Positions 37,461 through 50,436 of a stretch of 64,000 bases of DNA are shown here, one piece after another (position 1 is the stretch's first letter; the number at the start of each line of letters is the position of its first letter). Source of the stretch: Mytilus edulis (Eukaryota); NCBI RefSeq assembly GCF_963676685.1, contig NC_092344.1, positions 60,388,001-60,452,000 of the forward strand, read 5' to 3'. The notes below the pieces were generated by a model, which saw only the letters and a program-made list of their open reading frames with translations, had not been told where the DNA came from and made no database searches. The position numbers and the translations under genes were made by a program.

Positions 37461-37994
37461 CTTGAACAAAACATAAACCGTAACTCCGCTTCTAATTTAT
37501 TGTAAAACTAAGAATTTTTTAATTCAATCAAAGACTATAAGAAATAAAATTTAATTTGCAAAGTTGTTTACATTTAGGTAAACCTGTTTGTATGAAACAT
37601 ACATATTATAAACAGGCCATTGATATGAGTGCTTTCATTGGATGATGAATTGGTGCTATGCTCCTCCCAATTTTAAGGTAATAATCATTTCATGGTTGAG
37701 CTAGCAAGCAAGCTAACCAAAGAATGTATCTGTAGCTTCATACTCGTTGGAATCTGCTGTAAATGTTGTTAAGCAGTGGCTGATCTAGAAAAGTTAGGCA
37801 TTCATAAATTCTATATTGTTTCCAGAAAAAAAAGTTTTATATGTTTCTTTTCTCTAGCTCTATGTTTTGATAAGAGTTTTGTATCTCGACAGTAGTTTTA
37901 TAAAATATTGTAATGTTGATTTAGGTTAATTAACATGTATTTTAGGTATGTTTTAAAAAACCTCAACCCAAAATTACAAATTTTTGATTTGAAG

Positions 37995-38254
37995 TTACAG
38001 CAACATGCATTGAGTGTGTAGGTAAAAATAATATCGTTGATTAGCTTGCTTGCTAGCTGAACCGTGAAGTCATTATTAGGTAATGTATACTGCCCGCCTT
38101 TCGTAGTAGTCTGGTCCTACAGACAGATTGATTGGTTATCTGTTCTTAATGGAGGGTAGTATACCTAACCTTATAATGTCTTCACGGTTCAGCTAGAAAA
38201 TAATCTAGTCAAAGATATTACCTTTACCTGCACACTCAATGCGTGTTGCTGTAA
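37995..38254. mobile_element. Foldback element with ~95-bp imperfect arms
   Basis: TTACAGCAACATGCATTGAGTGTG..TAGCTGAACCGTGAAG mirrored by CTTCACGGTTCAGCTA..CACACTCAATGCGTGTTGCTGTAA. Confidence 0.75.
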
Positions 38255-38788
38255 ACAAAATTCAAGACCAGCTGCTGTCACTGTTATGAGAATCTGGATG
38301 TGTTTATATTTAACTAAATAAATGTCGAGATGAACATGGTGGTGAGCGAGTGCATTGAAATGGAAATGGTATTGTTATTACGAAGAAAAATTTGTCTAAA
38401 AATGCTAACATAACAAACTTACACACACACACAGCATTTGAAAATAAAAAATACTTCGAAAGTTGTCTATACATTACTAGAATAAAATCCATACATCCCG
38501 CTATAAATCACAGGAAACATGCAGTATTACAACAATAACATTTCACGCTTCTTATGCAGCCATGGTTCAGTGCCAAGTACAAATATCCATGACATACGTT
38601 AAGTGAAGAAAAACAAAACAAGACGACAAAATAACACACTTACAAACATTTCGTTTATAAAACCGGCATTCCAACAACAACATTGTAATAAACAAAAATA
38701 AAAAACTGAAAAATCACAAAAACTAAAAATCAACACCACATCATATCCTTAAAGCCCATACAGTGTTCAGAACCTCTATATAAATACA

Positions 38789-38992
38789 ATTGCAAAAGAG
38801 GGGGGGGGGGTAGGACCTTTATCGGGACTCCGGGAACGGGTGTTTTTAAACTCGGGATTTCGGGATTGGGAATTTTTTTTTCGAATTTCGAGATGTCGGG
38901 ATTTAAATTTATTTTATTCGGGACCTCGGGGATTTCGTGTTTTTAAGCCAGGGATTTGGGGATCAGGACGCCTCCAACCCCCTCATTGCAAT
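38789..38992. mobile_element. MITE with internal (TCGGGA)-type repeats
   Basis: ATTGCAAAAGAGGGGG...CCCCCTCATTGCAAT ends. Confidence 0.65.
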
Positions 38993-40288
38993 AATAACAT
39001 ATACGAATGACACATGCACACAACATATATCAATTTAATATATACAATAAAAGACCATGCACTCGTTTTGAAATCCATGATTTAGTTTGTAAATTATATA
39101 TATTATATATAAATGTTTAATGTAATGATTTTCAGTTATAAGATATTTAGTATGCTAGCTATATCTTTGCAATATGTTATCTTTTTAACAAATGTTTACC
39201 ACAAATCACTTTTAAGACTGTATAGTTGTAATCTATATAGGTAAGTAGTAAATTAAGAATTGAATATTATATTTTGAATACAAGTGACGACCGAATTTTG
39301 CTTCGTTTTTGTTAAAATAAATGCTATCAGGGATTAATCAATAGTTTGAAATGGATAATTATGTAATTTTAAAATGTCACCGTGCCTGGCGATTTTGGTT
39401 TGACGATTTTATGCTATGCAATTGAAAATGTTGTTTTGACCAAGTGAGACATGATGCACTCCTTAATATCTGGATCCTTTGAGACCTCCAGTCCCCTTTT
39501 TAAATCCACCGCTGGTCATGTCACTTGTGTTCCAATCGCTGAATACTTAGTCACTACTATATTGATGGTTATAATAAATTGATATAGCATTAGATATACA
39601 CTAGCTATTATGACTGTAAATTAAAGGGAGATATATTATGTTTTTTGTATATATATGTCCTTGTATTTAATAAAATACAAAAGATTAACATGTTGTTTGT
39701 AGTGTATCGATAGTGACACATGCTTCGAAATGGTTTAACCGATTTTCATATATGATAGTTTGTAAACAGGTCTAATATAAAACATTGATTTATACATTAA
39801 TTACAGGTCAAATTCAATTTTCACGATGTTAGCTGTTCTTGTTGTTTTAAGTTATAGAGCTTTCAGTAGCAAATTTTTTTTTAAAGTTATTTCCCTTTGA
39901 ACAAAAATTTAAAAAAAATATTTATGTCATTTTTGGTCTCTTATTTTTATTTTGAGTTATTTCCTTTTGAACAGAAATGGTGTAATTTTAAATAAGTAAG
40001 ACAGTCTGTGCATGATTGTATGGAAGCACACACCATTCAAACCTACAAAGAAAAATAACCTTTCATGATTTTTCTTCTAATATGGTTAAAAAAAAAACCC
40101 GTTACGTTATACTTAATTTATCATCACTGCAGATTTTTTAAAGTCAAATGACCCCGGATTTTGTACATTATAATATATATGGATTATTTCAGAGTTTTAG
40201 TAAATATGCTTTAATGAAGGGTAAGTTTCAGAATGTTTAATATATTTGCCATGCATTAATTACTTTCTTTAGTTAACAGGTCATATTC

Positions 40289-43200
40289 ATGTCCATGGAG
40301 TTAATAAAACTATACAACTCTACATTTACAGCACCAAAAGATCCAAAGACAATTTCAAATAATTTGAAAATAACAGAAAAGAAACAACCAGATAAAACTA
40401 AACGGAGCGACTTAAAAGACATAATTAGAACAAAAGAATGTACATCATTATCGAAAAAAGCAGTTCATGAAAAAAACAGAAGTGATGATTTAAAATCAAT
40501 CAAGACATTGAGCTTTGAATCATCAAGGACAAATTTAGATACTAATTCCGAAAAATTAACACAGAAAGCTAATTCAAGCGAAAAAATAAAACAGTCTGAA
40601 AAAAGTAACCCGTCAAAATTCAGACACATTTCTACAAAAAATGATACAAAGAATTTGTCTAGTTATCAGAAAAGAGCAGAGAAAAATTCGAGTAACAAGT
40701 CAAATGTGACTTTAAATGGTAATGTGATTAAAGAGGACATTAAAACGCAAAATGGACCCTTTAAACCTGATGCTGGTGTTCATTTGGAGTATAAACACAA
40801 CATTAAGTCAAAAGAAATAGAATGTAAAATGCAGGCTGTCGCAGTTGATATTTTCAAGCTTGCGAATGAGTTTCAAAAAGTGAAAAAGTCATACTCAGAA
40901 ACAACAAAAACCGAACCGGAGACTATAAGATTAGATGCAATCGTGCGAGATGAGTGCAAAGATAAAATTTTGTCGAAAAATATTGTTGACAAAGCAGTTA
41001 CCATAAAGAATAAATCAATTATTTCAGACGTCCAAAATAAAATGAAAATATCAACTTTGATAGATGAATGCAAGAGAAACATAACTACTCATGGAAACAA
41101 GACCAATGAAATAGCACGGTCTAAAAGCACTGACAAGTCGAGTACATGTAAGAATTTAAACAAGAATGAGCGGAAAGGAGAAAGAAAAGTAGATGATAAT
41201 CATAGAGTAACTAATTCACGTGATCACAACAGGGATAATAGAGTTTTAAATGAAAGAAGTCGAAAGCATGATGTAAAATACAATGGTCGAAGATGCGACG
41301 AAAAGTATCATGAATGTCGGAGGTACGACGAAGAAAAAATGCGAAGATGCGATGGAAATCGTAGATATGCTAATAGAGATTTTCTTAGAGCTGATGATGC
41401 CACTAAACTTGTTGGAAGGAATGAAAGTGGTGCATTTGATAAAGATGCCATTTATAAACCGTATGAATCTGGAACACCGATCCGCATGTCTACTGAAAGA
41501 GATGAATATAAAATCTTAGGTAATGAAGAAAAGCAAAGCTGTCAAAAACAAAATGAAAGAAATGAAAACTCATCTGCTTTAATACAAATGAACAATACTG
41601 AAGATATAAACCAGCGGGAAAGTGATTCTATAATAGCAATTTGTCAGAAATCGACGGATGAATCAAAAATATGGAAAGATTCAGAAAATGATTTGCAAAC
41701 ATTGGAGGGAAAAAGTATTAAAACAAACGTTTCTGTTGAAGAGAATCACCCATCAGGGGAAAACGTACTAGTTTTGAGAGCCCCTTCAAAGGACACCGAG
41801 GAGACAAAAGATCCAATAACAAATTCAGCTTTAAACGAAAATTTCACCTCAATGGATGTAACTGGAAACGAATCAGACCTAGTATCAACTAACCCCACAG
41901 AAGAGGAAGACATGCTGTTAGATATGAGCGATGAACATGAACTTACTTCAGGTAGATCTGATACTAATGAATTTTTCGGAGAACACGACACATGGTTATC
42001 TACTATGTCTGATAATAGTTCTTTGCAGCAAAGCAACATGCAACAACTTGACACACATTTGAATACAAATAGCAAAATTACTCTCGAAACCGACAATAAG
42101 TCCACGGAAATTGTCAAACAGAATTTAGTAACTGTTTCAACGAGCGTTCAACCACATGAAGACGCTTTATCGAACCAAATTGATCATAAAAATGTCAGTA
42201 TTCCTTACAAAGATACCGAGACGACTCATTTCAGCAAATTGACTAAACGGTCATCATTTGACACTCATAATATAAAGGAATCTTCATTGGAAAACCCAAT
42301 TAAAAAGGAAACATTGCCACCAACGCCTACCAATAGTGAACAAAACAATGAACAATTAATTAATTTGCAACATAATGTCAACAAACTAACTACAAGTCGT
42401 CCAACGGATGCCAGTAGTAAATGGGAAAAGATAACACCTACGCTATCGGCAAAGGAAGAAATTCAAGAGTTATCCCCAATGGAGGAAATCCAAGATTTAT
42501 CACCAAAAGAAGAAATTTTTGTATTAAAGTCAGCTTTTATCTCCACCTCCGTAGATGATGCTCAGGATGTTTGTACTGTGATATCTAACGAAGTTGTTTC
42601 AAATACAGAGAGTAGTACAGCACCAAAGCATCTTGTCAAATTTTCTGACATTAATGTTGTGAATATTGCAACTTCTGAGAATCCAACACCGGGGTTGGTT
42701 GATACCACAACACCTAATAATAACGCACAAAAAAATATTGATAATATCTTAATGGCGAAAGCAAACCCTGTTGCTATCAAAACAGATGACAACGTTGGAA
42801 AGCAAACTGATATTGTAGTATCTGACAAAAAGTTTCAGAAGCCTGTTTGTATAACAACGTCCAATACAAATGTACCAACTAAACCCCTTGATAACATGAC
42901 TATCACCAAAGATTCACAGAAAACTGATTATGCGACGACGACTGTCCAAAACGCTTTTGAAATAACAATTTTAGACAAAAATAATACATCAACTTCTGTG
43001 TGCATTCAAAAATACAAAAAGGATGTAATAACTGGTACACGAAAGATATCTGCTACATTCCGTGATATTAGTGAGAAGGTTCCAGTTTGTAACAAACCCG
43101 CTGTGAACGATGCACTGACGTCTGATCAAACATCAACTTCACACAATGACGTACCGAAACGAGTGTATACTGCAACACATGACGAAGAAGTTAACAAAAT

Positions 43201-44827
43201 CACAAAGTTGCCGAGCTTGGCTTCTGTCGATTTACAGACACATTCTTCTAAAACAACTAACAATGACGTATCACAGACACAGTGTAGTTTGAATTATGAA
43301 AAATTTATACCGGAATCTGTATGTGTCGAAACTTCTTCAAATAAACCGTTATCCACCATTTTAAATGAAAATGTAACTGGTGTCACTCTCAGCTCAATAT
43401 CAGTGAATGATCTTAAGAATGCAACACCGACTTCTGTAGAATCAGAAACATCTACCGACAATATGCCATGTAGTAGTGACATCCAGAAACAAGTATGCAT
43501 AACAGCAGATACTCTGGTGACTTCGTCAAAAACTGGAATCGCGGTTAAACAAGGACAAAGTGATGAAGAATATCCAGCAAAAAATAAAAAGGGAGATAAC
43601 GATGTAGTAGACCTGCTAGCTGAACACATTCCGAAGCAATCTCCATATGAAAACAAAAGGAAAATCAAACTTTTGACAAACACTTGTTTCTTATCGAAAA
43701 AAGTGAAAATTATACGCTCTACAATAAATAGACCAAGAATTAGACCAAAAATGAGCCCAGCAAAACGAAACATAGTTACTGATGCTAGTGATAACATTTC
43801 TGTCACCATTAAAAACGAAGACAAAGAAAAGAAAGATGTTAGGCAAAGCAAGACTGATACGGAAGGTAATAATGAGGTTAAGAAAAAAGATAGCGTAGTG
43901 ATAGATCTTACCGACGAAGAAAGTCCGAAAAAATCAAATAACTGTAAGAGAAAGATAGATTTAGAACCAGCAAGCGAATCTAAAGACAACAAACGTGGAC
44001 GAATTGAACAAAACAAAAGAAAAATCAAATCAAAAGTTACTATAGCAAAACAAAATGAAATTGCAAATCGTACTGATGACACTGGTCCGAAACAGATGAG
44101 AGACCGAAAAGATACTGATAAAAGAAGAACGACTGAAAGTAAGAAAAATTCAAAATATGAATCAGAGCGCAATTGTTACAAACGCATTGATGAAACAAAT
44201 AGAGATTGTAATTATCGTACAAGCACTAAAAGATCTAACAGTAAAGAGTATGACAGAAAATATGAAAGTTCGGAATACGATAGAAACTTTGAAAGGAAAA
44301 GAAAGTACGCTAATGAACACGAAGTGCCATCACATCTGATGATGAACCAACAACCAATGAATGATATTTCTTACGTCGGTCTGAAAGTTGAACCAACAAC
44401 TGCACATGCGCGATGTTTTAATGAGGTGGTAGGATATGCATATGATTTCATGCGCGGATACTGTGATTACAATGAAATTTCAAGTCAATACGTCACACCA
44501 GTTCGCCGATTTCGAACAAATCTTATGCGACAATTAAAAGCTACTTTTGACCGATATTTTTACGGACCAAATAATCCGTATGATCCGATTTATTCACTCA
44601 CAGGTCCTCAACCACGATTCCGAAACGAAGATATTATGATCAGGACAATATTACACACCATTAAAAAGCCACATATTCGTCGAGGCACAGATTGTCATAG
44701 TTGTCAGTTTGATGATGTCATAGGGTACGAAGGTTATAAAATTCCATGTTTTTGGGTTAAAGTTGAATTTCGCGAGGGTGAATTTTTACGTGCATTACCA
44801 ATACTTGATCGTTCCTATGCATATTGA
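40289..44827 (+). CDS. 1512-aa single-exon orphan protein: long disordered region plus a C-terminal aromatic/Cys/His-rich domain
   Basis: 4.5-kb uninterrupted ORF; acceptor AACAG| at 40279; AATAAA at about 44917; composition shifts sharply over the last ~150 aa. Confidence 0.8.
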   Translation: MSMELIKLYNSTFTAPKDPKTISNNLKITEKKQPDKTKRSDLKDIIRTKECTSLSKKAVHEKNRSDDLKSIKTLSFESSRTNLDTNSEKLTQKANSSEKIKQSEKSNPSKFRHISTKNDTKNLSSYQKRAEKNSSNKSNVTLNGNVIKEDIKTQNGPFKPDAGVHLEYKHNIKSKEIECKMQAVAVDIFKLANEFQKVKKSYSETTKTEPETIRLDAIVRDECKDKILSKNIVDKAVTIKNKSIISDVQNKMKISTLIDECKRNITTHGNKTNEIARSKSTDKSSTCKNLNKNERKGERKVDDNHRVTNSRDHNRDNRVLNERSRKHDVKYNGRRCDEKYHECRRYDEEKMRRCDGNRRYANRDFLRADDATKLVGRNESGAFDKDAIYKPYESGTPIRMSTERDEYKILGNEEKQSCQKQNERNENSSALIQMNNTEDINQRESDSIIAICQKSTDESKIWKDSENDLQTLEGKSIKTNVSVEENHPSGENVLVLRAPSKDTEETKDPITNSALNENFTSMDVTGNESDLVSTNPTEEEDMLLDMSDEHELTSGRSDTNEFFGEHDTWLSTMSDNSSLQQSNMQQLDTHLNTNSKITLETDNKSTEIVKQNLVTVSTSVQPHEDALSNQIDHKNVSIPYKDTETTHFSKLTKRSSFDTHNIKESSLENPIKKETLPPTPTNSEQNNEQLINLQHNVNKLTTSRPTDASSKWEKITPTLSAKEEIQELSPMEEIQDLSPKEEIFVLKSAFISTSVDDAQDVCTVISNEVVSNTESSTAPKHLVKFSDINVVNIATSENPTPGLVDTTTPNNNAQKNIDNILMAKANPVAIKTDDNVGKQTDIVVSDKKFQKPVCITTSNTNVPTKPLDNMTITKDSQKTDYATTTVQNAFEITILDKNNTSTSVCIQKYKKDVITGTRKISATFRDISEKVPVCNKPAVNDALTSDQTSTSHNDVPKRVYTATHDEEVNKITKLPSLASVDLQTHSSKTTNNDVSQTQCSLNYEKFIPESVCVETSSNKPLSTILNENVTGVTLSSISVNDLKNATPTSVESETSTDNMPCSSDIQKQVCITADTLVTSSKTGIAVKQGQSDEEYPAKNKKGDNDVVDLLAEHIPKQSPYENKRKIKLLTNTCFLSKKVKIIRSTINRPRIRPKMSPAKRNIVTDASDNISVTIKNEDKEKKDVRQSKTDTEGNNEVKKKDSVVIDLTDEESPKKSNNCKRKIDLEPASESKDNKRGRIEQNKRKIKSKVTIAKQNEIANRTDDTGPKQMRDRKDTDKRRTTESKKNSKYESERNCYKRIDETNRDCNYRTSTKRSNSKEYDRKYESSEYDRNFERKRKYANEHEVPSHLMMNQQPMNDISYVGLKVEPTTAHARCFNEVVGYAYDFMRGYCDYNEISSQYVTPVRRFRTNLMRQLKATFDRYFYGPNNPYDPIYSLTGPQPRFRNEDIMIRTILHTIKKPHIRRGTDCHSCQFDDVIGYEGYKIPCFWVKVEFREGEFLRALPILDRSYAY

Positions 44828-45874
44828 CATTAATATAACTGCTCAATTGTCTGTCTTTGTTGTTCACGATTTGTCCGCTTTGTTCTTCATGATTTATGAT
44901 AAACATATGTTGCTTGAATAAAGTTTATTTCTTTTTATAATTGTTGTGTCGAGAATTGGGCGAGAAAACGTTTGATTGGTATTGTGAAGATATTTGAAAA
45001 CATTTTATATCATATTGTTATCATTTCTATGTTATTCCTTACTGTGTTAACGGCAAACTGGACATGTTTTAATTTGAATGTTTTATATTTTTATTAATAA
45101 TTGACGATTGCACATCGCCATAGACACGTATATTATTGTGTTCGAACTTAGAATGTCAAACCAAAAATAGGATCGACACTTTACTGTTCATATAACATGG
45201 AATATATTTATGCATACCTATTTTTCTGAGAAAACTGGTATCAACAAACATAAAAAAATTTCAACCAGATAGCATTTTTAAATTTTACATTTTTGTTTTG
45301 ATTAAACATATTATTTACACATTTTAAATTTTTGTTCGAAAACGACTAAATTTCACTGAAGAATTAAAGTTGATTACGTTTTTTTTATATATAAACTTCC
45401 ATCAAATTTTGTTATTTGAATATTCTCGTTTTCATGGATTACAAATGAGCACACGGAAATTGATAATACGTTTGATCTACTTATGTGCATGTACGTTCAA
45501 AAGCGTTTCTGTTGTCAGTATAGCATTGGCAGATGTTCTATGTAACTCGACATGGGCAGTTCAACGGTCTGTGGAAAAGAATGGACATGATTTCTTTAGA
45601 AGTAGTAAAATGTTGTGTATATTTTTCATATAAAAGTTTGCTGTTCGCCCTCTTCATACCACCGCTCAATTTGAATAGAACACTTGACAATCATGTACGA
45701 ACAACAGAAACAAGGGAGCAAGATTTGTTGTTGATATTGGCTCAGATAATGATTTTTCATGAAGTGTATATGATTATACAGGAAACATCTACAATACAGT
45801 TTAATACGTATTTTTACATAATAACATGTCATACAACTATGTTAAGCCAGTTGACGATGTTAGTTGTCAAATAA

Positions 45875-46126
45875 GGGGACGACCATTTGATTTTCTTCGA
45901 AGGTTGGGTACTTTCATTTTTGAAAGATATATCCTGGCTTATTTAAAACTGAACAAAATACAAAACAGAAATTTTGGAAGTTGTTGAAAACAATTTTGCA
46001 CGTAGTTATGCCGGGCAAAATAAATAAATAAGCTGTCCTGGCAACAGATAGAACTGGATATTCTATTCGAGAAAAAAGATCTCATGCATGTGCACCCTCC
46101 TAAAAGAAGATCAAATGGTCGGTCCC
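45875..46126. mobile_element. PIF/Harbinger-like MITE
   Basis: TAA|GGGGACGACCATTTGAT...ATCAAATGGTCGGTCCC; TIR similar to 16414. Confidence 0.65.
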
Positions 46127-47868
46127 TTTTGCAATTTGTTAATATATACATATATACATACGTACATGTATATAGATATAGTGACAGTCGCATAATATAC
46201 AGTGCAAGAGTATTCGTGTTTCTTTTGTTTTTATTGTCTTAATTTTGCATCTATACTTTAGCATTATGACATTCACTTGTATCTCTACCCATGTTTTGTC
46301 AGGGAAATGTAATTATTGTTGACAGTTAATTGTTTCTATTTTGTTTATCATACCATTATGCCAAATACCATTTGTTGTTATAACTTGTTATGTTCTCAGG
46401 AATTTTTATATAACTATGTTTACAATTAGTGCTATGTATTAAAATAAATTGCGATATATACAGTTACGTGTTTTATTTCATTAAGGATCTGACAACACTA
46501 TGTTCACATTTCGGTTCTGGTAATAACTTCGACAGCCAATGAAATTTCAGCCTTCCCATTTTAAAAGTGTGTATCATACGGTAAAAAATAAGAGGATCTC
46601 GAAAGGTCCCTTATAACATAAAGTAGAGTGAAGCGTTGTCAGATTCTAGTAAGAGAAGCTTGGACACAGGATCTATATTTCAATCAGCATGGATTTCATT
46701 TAGATGACCCACTTAACCACCAAAATGAATTTCACACACACACACACACACACCTATATATTGAATACACAACGAAAAGGTATAGAATGCAATATTGGCG
46801 ACAAAAAGCAATATTTAAAACTCATCGAAATTCTCTACTGTCTCTGTTTATTTATTTAAATGTACACCAATATAAGATATTTGACACAAGATGATATTCT
46901 GTCATACAACGCACAACATCAATCTAGCTAAGGAAAACTGAACATAACGCGACTATCAGCAAAACCAAAAAGCTACACAACGCACAATATCGGGGAAAAA
47001 AGAACCTTACACATAATGCCATGCACACAAAATTACGCGTTGACATAACATACATACATAGATAAACTGGACTGTCCATTACCATCCTGGAACTATTTTC
47101 TACCTTCCCCGTTACAACAACAAAAAGACAAACACAAACATTGTAGTCGATGACAGAACAGCAAGCGAACAGACAAGTGATATGTGCACAGGAAATAAAA
47201 GACCAAAAATATTACCAAATTTTCGATTACAGTAGAAAAACAACCAAACATACAAGTTCCTTGGCAACAGAAGATACAGACATCTTTGAAAACAATTCGT
47301 GCGTGAAAAGGCCTAAAAAAATAGCCAAAGAAAACAGGCAGAGCTCTGCACAGTTTTATCTATAAAAACAATGAAGCATGCTTGACAATAAAAAAAATGA
47401 ACACACGCACACATGATATATTTCAGAAATGAAAAGGATCATTAAAAAATTGTTATGATAAGTTCAATTTTAGATTAAAGTATGTAATTATTTAAATGTA
47501 TGCCATGTCTATGTTCCTTATGAATGGTACAGCAGTTGCCCTGATGATCAATTACTATAAGAACAGTAAATTAACATATCATTTCCGGGAGTGGTGGAAC
47601 CTACAGAACAATTAACTGGTGTGTAAACATGATGTATTACCGGCTATCACTACAGAAGATACATTAAGATCTGTGTTCTCGATTGCTTTTAAAACTGTTG
47701 CTTTTGTTCTATTAGTATTGTAGTACAGCTGATTGTTGTCTGTTCTGAATGACATTGCAAATCAGTGGATTAGTCAAATATGTTCAGCAGATTATAATTG
47801 ATAAGTGTTAAATATTGTATATATCTGTAGAGGGGACTGGATGCGGTCCTTTGATTCTTTTTTTTTAA

Positions 47869-48141
47869 GGTGGTACCCAACACCTTGACTAAAATTAATT
47901 TGGCTCGTTTAATTTTCATAAAATTTTGACAAAATATTTACTTTGACCCATCGAAAAAAATATAAAAATTTCAGAAAATTTGAACCAATCATTTTCTCGG
48001 AAAAAATTGGTTGGATAGATAGCAGTTTGGCAAACACTAATTTTGATCATTGAGAAGCTTAATAGTTCCATTACAATACAACGTGATTAAAACGCTTAGC
48101 TGATTTTACAGAGTTATCTCCCTGTAGTGTTAGGTACCACC
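47869..48141. mobile_element. Kolobok-like MITE
   Basis: TTAA|GGTGGTACCCAACAC...GTGTTAGGTACCACC|TTAA. Confidence 0.85.
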
Positions 48142-48373
48142 TTAATTTTAGGTCATTATTAATTTTCTATTCTTTATTTGTTTGACCATTATTCTCTATC
48201 ATTTATGTTAAAATGGTTGTCCCTAAAAATTCATAATCTTCATTGCACAAAGACGTTGCAGTTATCTTTTTAGATTTACACAATTTTAACCAAAAATCTT
48301 GTACAACTCACCGAGTTGATGTTTATCTTTATCAGGTCTAAAAAATGGAAAACAACACGTTTAATAATTTCAT

Positions 48374-48415
48374 GCGTCCGAATTGTTTTTCTGGATTTAC
48401 CTTCATCAGGAACGC
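48374..48415 (-). ncRNA. Minimal type I hammerhead ribozyme motif with intact core
   Basis: GCGUUC-CUGAUGA-AGG UAAAU CCA-GAAA-AACAAU-UC-GGACGC; stem I GCGUUC/GGACGC pairs. Confidence 0.7.
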
Positions 48416-49355
48416 TCAAAGCTAAACATTTGAAATCCGAAGATGTATAAGTACCGAACCCGTTGAAGAGCTATATGACAAAAATATCTAAAATAAATAG
48501 CCAAATTCATCTAAAGTCAACTTTGCCTGAGGGAGTTGAAACCTTAGTTTCGTAATAATTTCAAAACTCTCCATTAACTGTGATTTTCTGAATAAAATTG
48601 AAAATTTATCCAATATTGAATAAAAAAAGGATCTCGTTTTTTTAAAGGTTGGAATGTTTCGCTTCTTGTGTCAGGACTGAAACATCAACAAACACAAATG
48701 CATATCATGTTATACATCTTGATTGATTTGTTAGTTGTTGCCAATTTGGATGATTAACGTCGAGTGGCAAACATTTCATGCATGTTCAGGACAATATACA
48801 TCTTGAATAGTATGATATATTTTCACCTTACTTAAGTGATCCTAAGTTTGAAATTCATATCCTTATAGCTAAAACAACCAAAACAAACCCCACTTACACG
48901 TCAAACGTACAAGTTCTATGTTTGCCACTGGACGTTATGCAACCAACAATCAAGTTCAATATATGTTACTATGTTGTATTGAAAGAGGAAAGCTCTTGTA
49001 AATTTTACATACTAGATTTATGAAACAAGGAGGTACAACTCCAGCAGTCTTTTACATGCATACTAAAATTCAACTCGATATATTATTTGTATTACATTTA
49101 ACGTATCTCATAGGTCCGTTGACAAAGATGCACCAACAATTCAAATATAGTGTAAAAATGACATATCTGTATTTAAAAGAAACAATACAACAGTTGCCTC
49201 CCATTGTACACAAGATAATACTTGGACATATATATCGGGTCAGTCAACTCAACACTTCCTTGGTTAATTCATTTAGTGAGTACTGTGTGGGATAATTATT
49301 GTATTAGTTTATATCATTGATGTATGTATATATAACATATGTATTGTTGGTAACA

Positions 49356-49495
49356 CATTGGCAGATCGGGGGGGTGTCCGGAACCCCCTTTTTTGTGGCG
49401 ATCAATGCATTTGAATGGGGACATATAGTTTGAACCCCCCTTTGTCCTGGGTTGGGACCCCCCCCCCCTTTTTGAAATGGCTGGATCCGCCCCTG
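49356..49495. mobile_element. CAG/GGCGGATCC-type MITE with exact 5-bp TSD
   Basis: TAACA|CATTGGCAGATC...CTGGATCCGCCCCTG|TAACA; interior near-identical to 51254-51410. Confidence 0.88.
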
Positions 49496-50436
49496 TAACA
49501 TCATGGGTTGGTGCTTCCTTGGAATATTTATTTATCCCTCCAGGTCCAAATGAATTTCTAAATAAACCAGACCCCTACATAATATAGCATGAGTTAGTGT
49601 TTTACTTTTGTCCAGATCAGACAACAATATGGTCACACAAAAGTAGAACATGGCTGCAAACAGAAAATAGAATTACACAGAACACTACCAGAACATGTTT
49701 TCCATTCGTTTGATGTGTTTTATCATTTGATTTTGCCATTTGATTAGGGACTTTCCGTTTTGAAATTTCCTCGGAGTTCAGTATATTTGTGATTTTACTT
49801 TTCACTAGACAAAGGGAATTAAACTAGCAGACACCTTTTGATGATGCACGTTTTCAGTTACCAATTATGCCACCAGTGCAAATCTTAGTTTCCTTTGGGG
49901 CTATGCAGAGATATCTACGAGGGAGCCAAATACTTGTTGAAACCTTATATTTCAGAAATCCCCAAATATTAGTGCTGGTGTATATTTATTGTTATTTCAA
50001 TCTCGACCACTTAATTAAAAGAAACCGATGAAACAAGATAATTAGTTTCGTGCACTTTGAATCAGTTAACACTAGAAAGCTTGGTTGTTAGTTGGAATAA
50101 GAAATTCATTTTGAGAGCAACTGAATCAGAAGACAAACAAAAAAACCTCAGTCTCCTTTCATTATATATCCTTGCTGCTGTGCAGGTATAAGTCTAATAT
50201 TTGCTGCTGGTTCTAAAATACTACTACTTGGCGACCATTTTATTGTGGTGATGTAAATTTTTCTCGCTGTTATACACTTGTCATGTGAATATGAAACTAT
50301 TTCTTGTTCTTTCTTATTTCCTTTAAATACATTTCAAATCCATTTTTTTTTTCAAATCGAACTCATCCCAACGCACATTTTATACTGTTATAATATTCAA
50401 TATTGCTCATATTTTATTTTACATTTTTGTGTCAAT

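Noticed and set aside
43294-44172. 292-aa minus-strand ORF and other antisense ORFs within 40289-44827, 28268-29899, 52417-54183 and the LINEs
   Set aside because: Antisense shadows of real coding frames, with no recognisable motifs.
47530-47830. Possible second NHL relic on the minus strand
   Set aside because: Resemblance is limited to a few residues across multiple stops and cannot be supported by eye.
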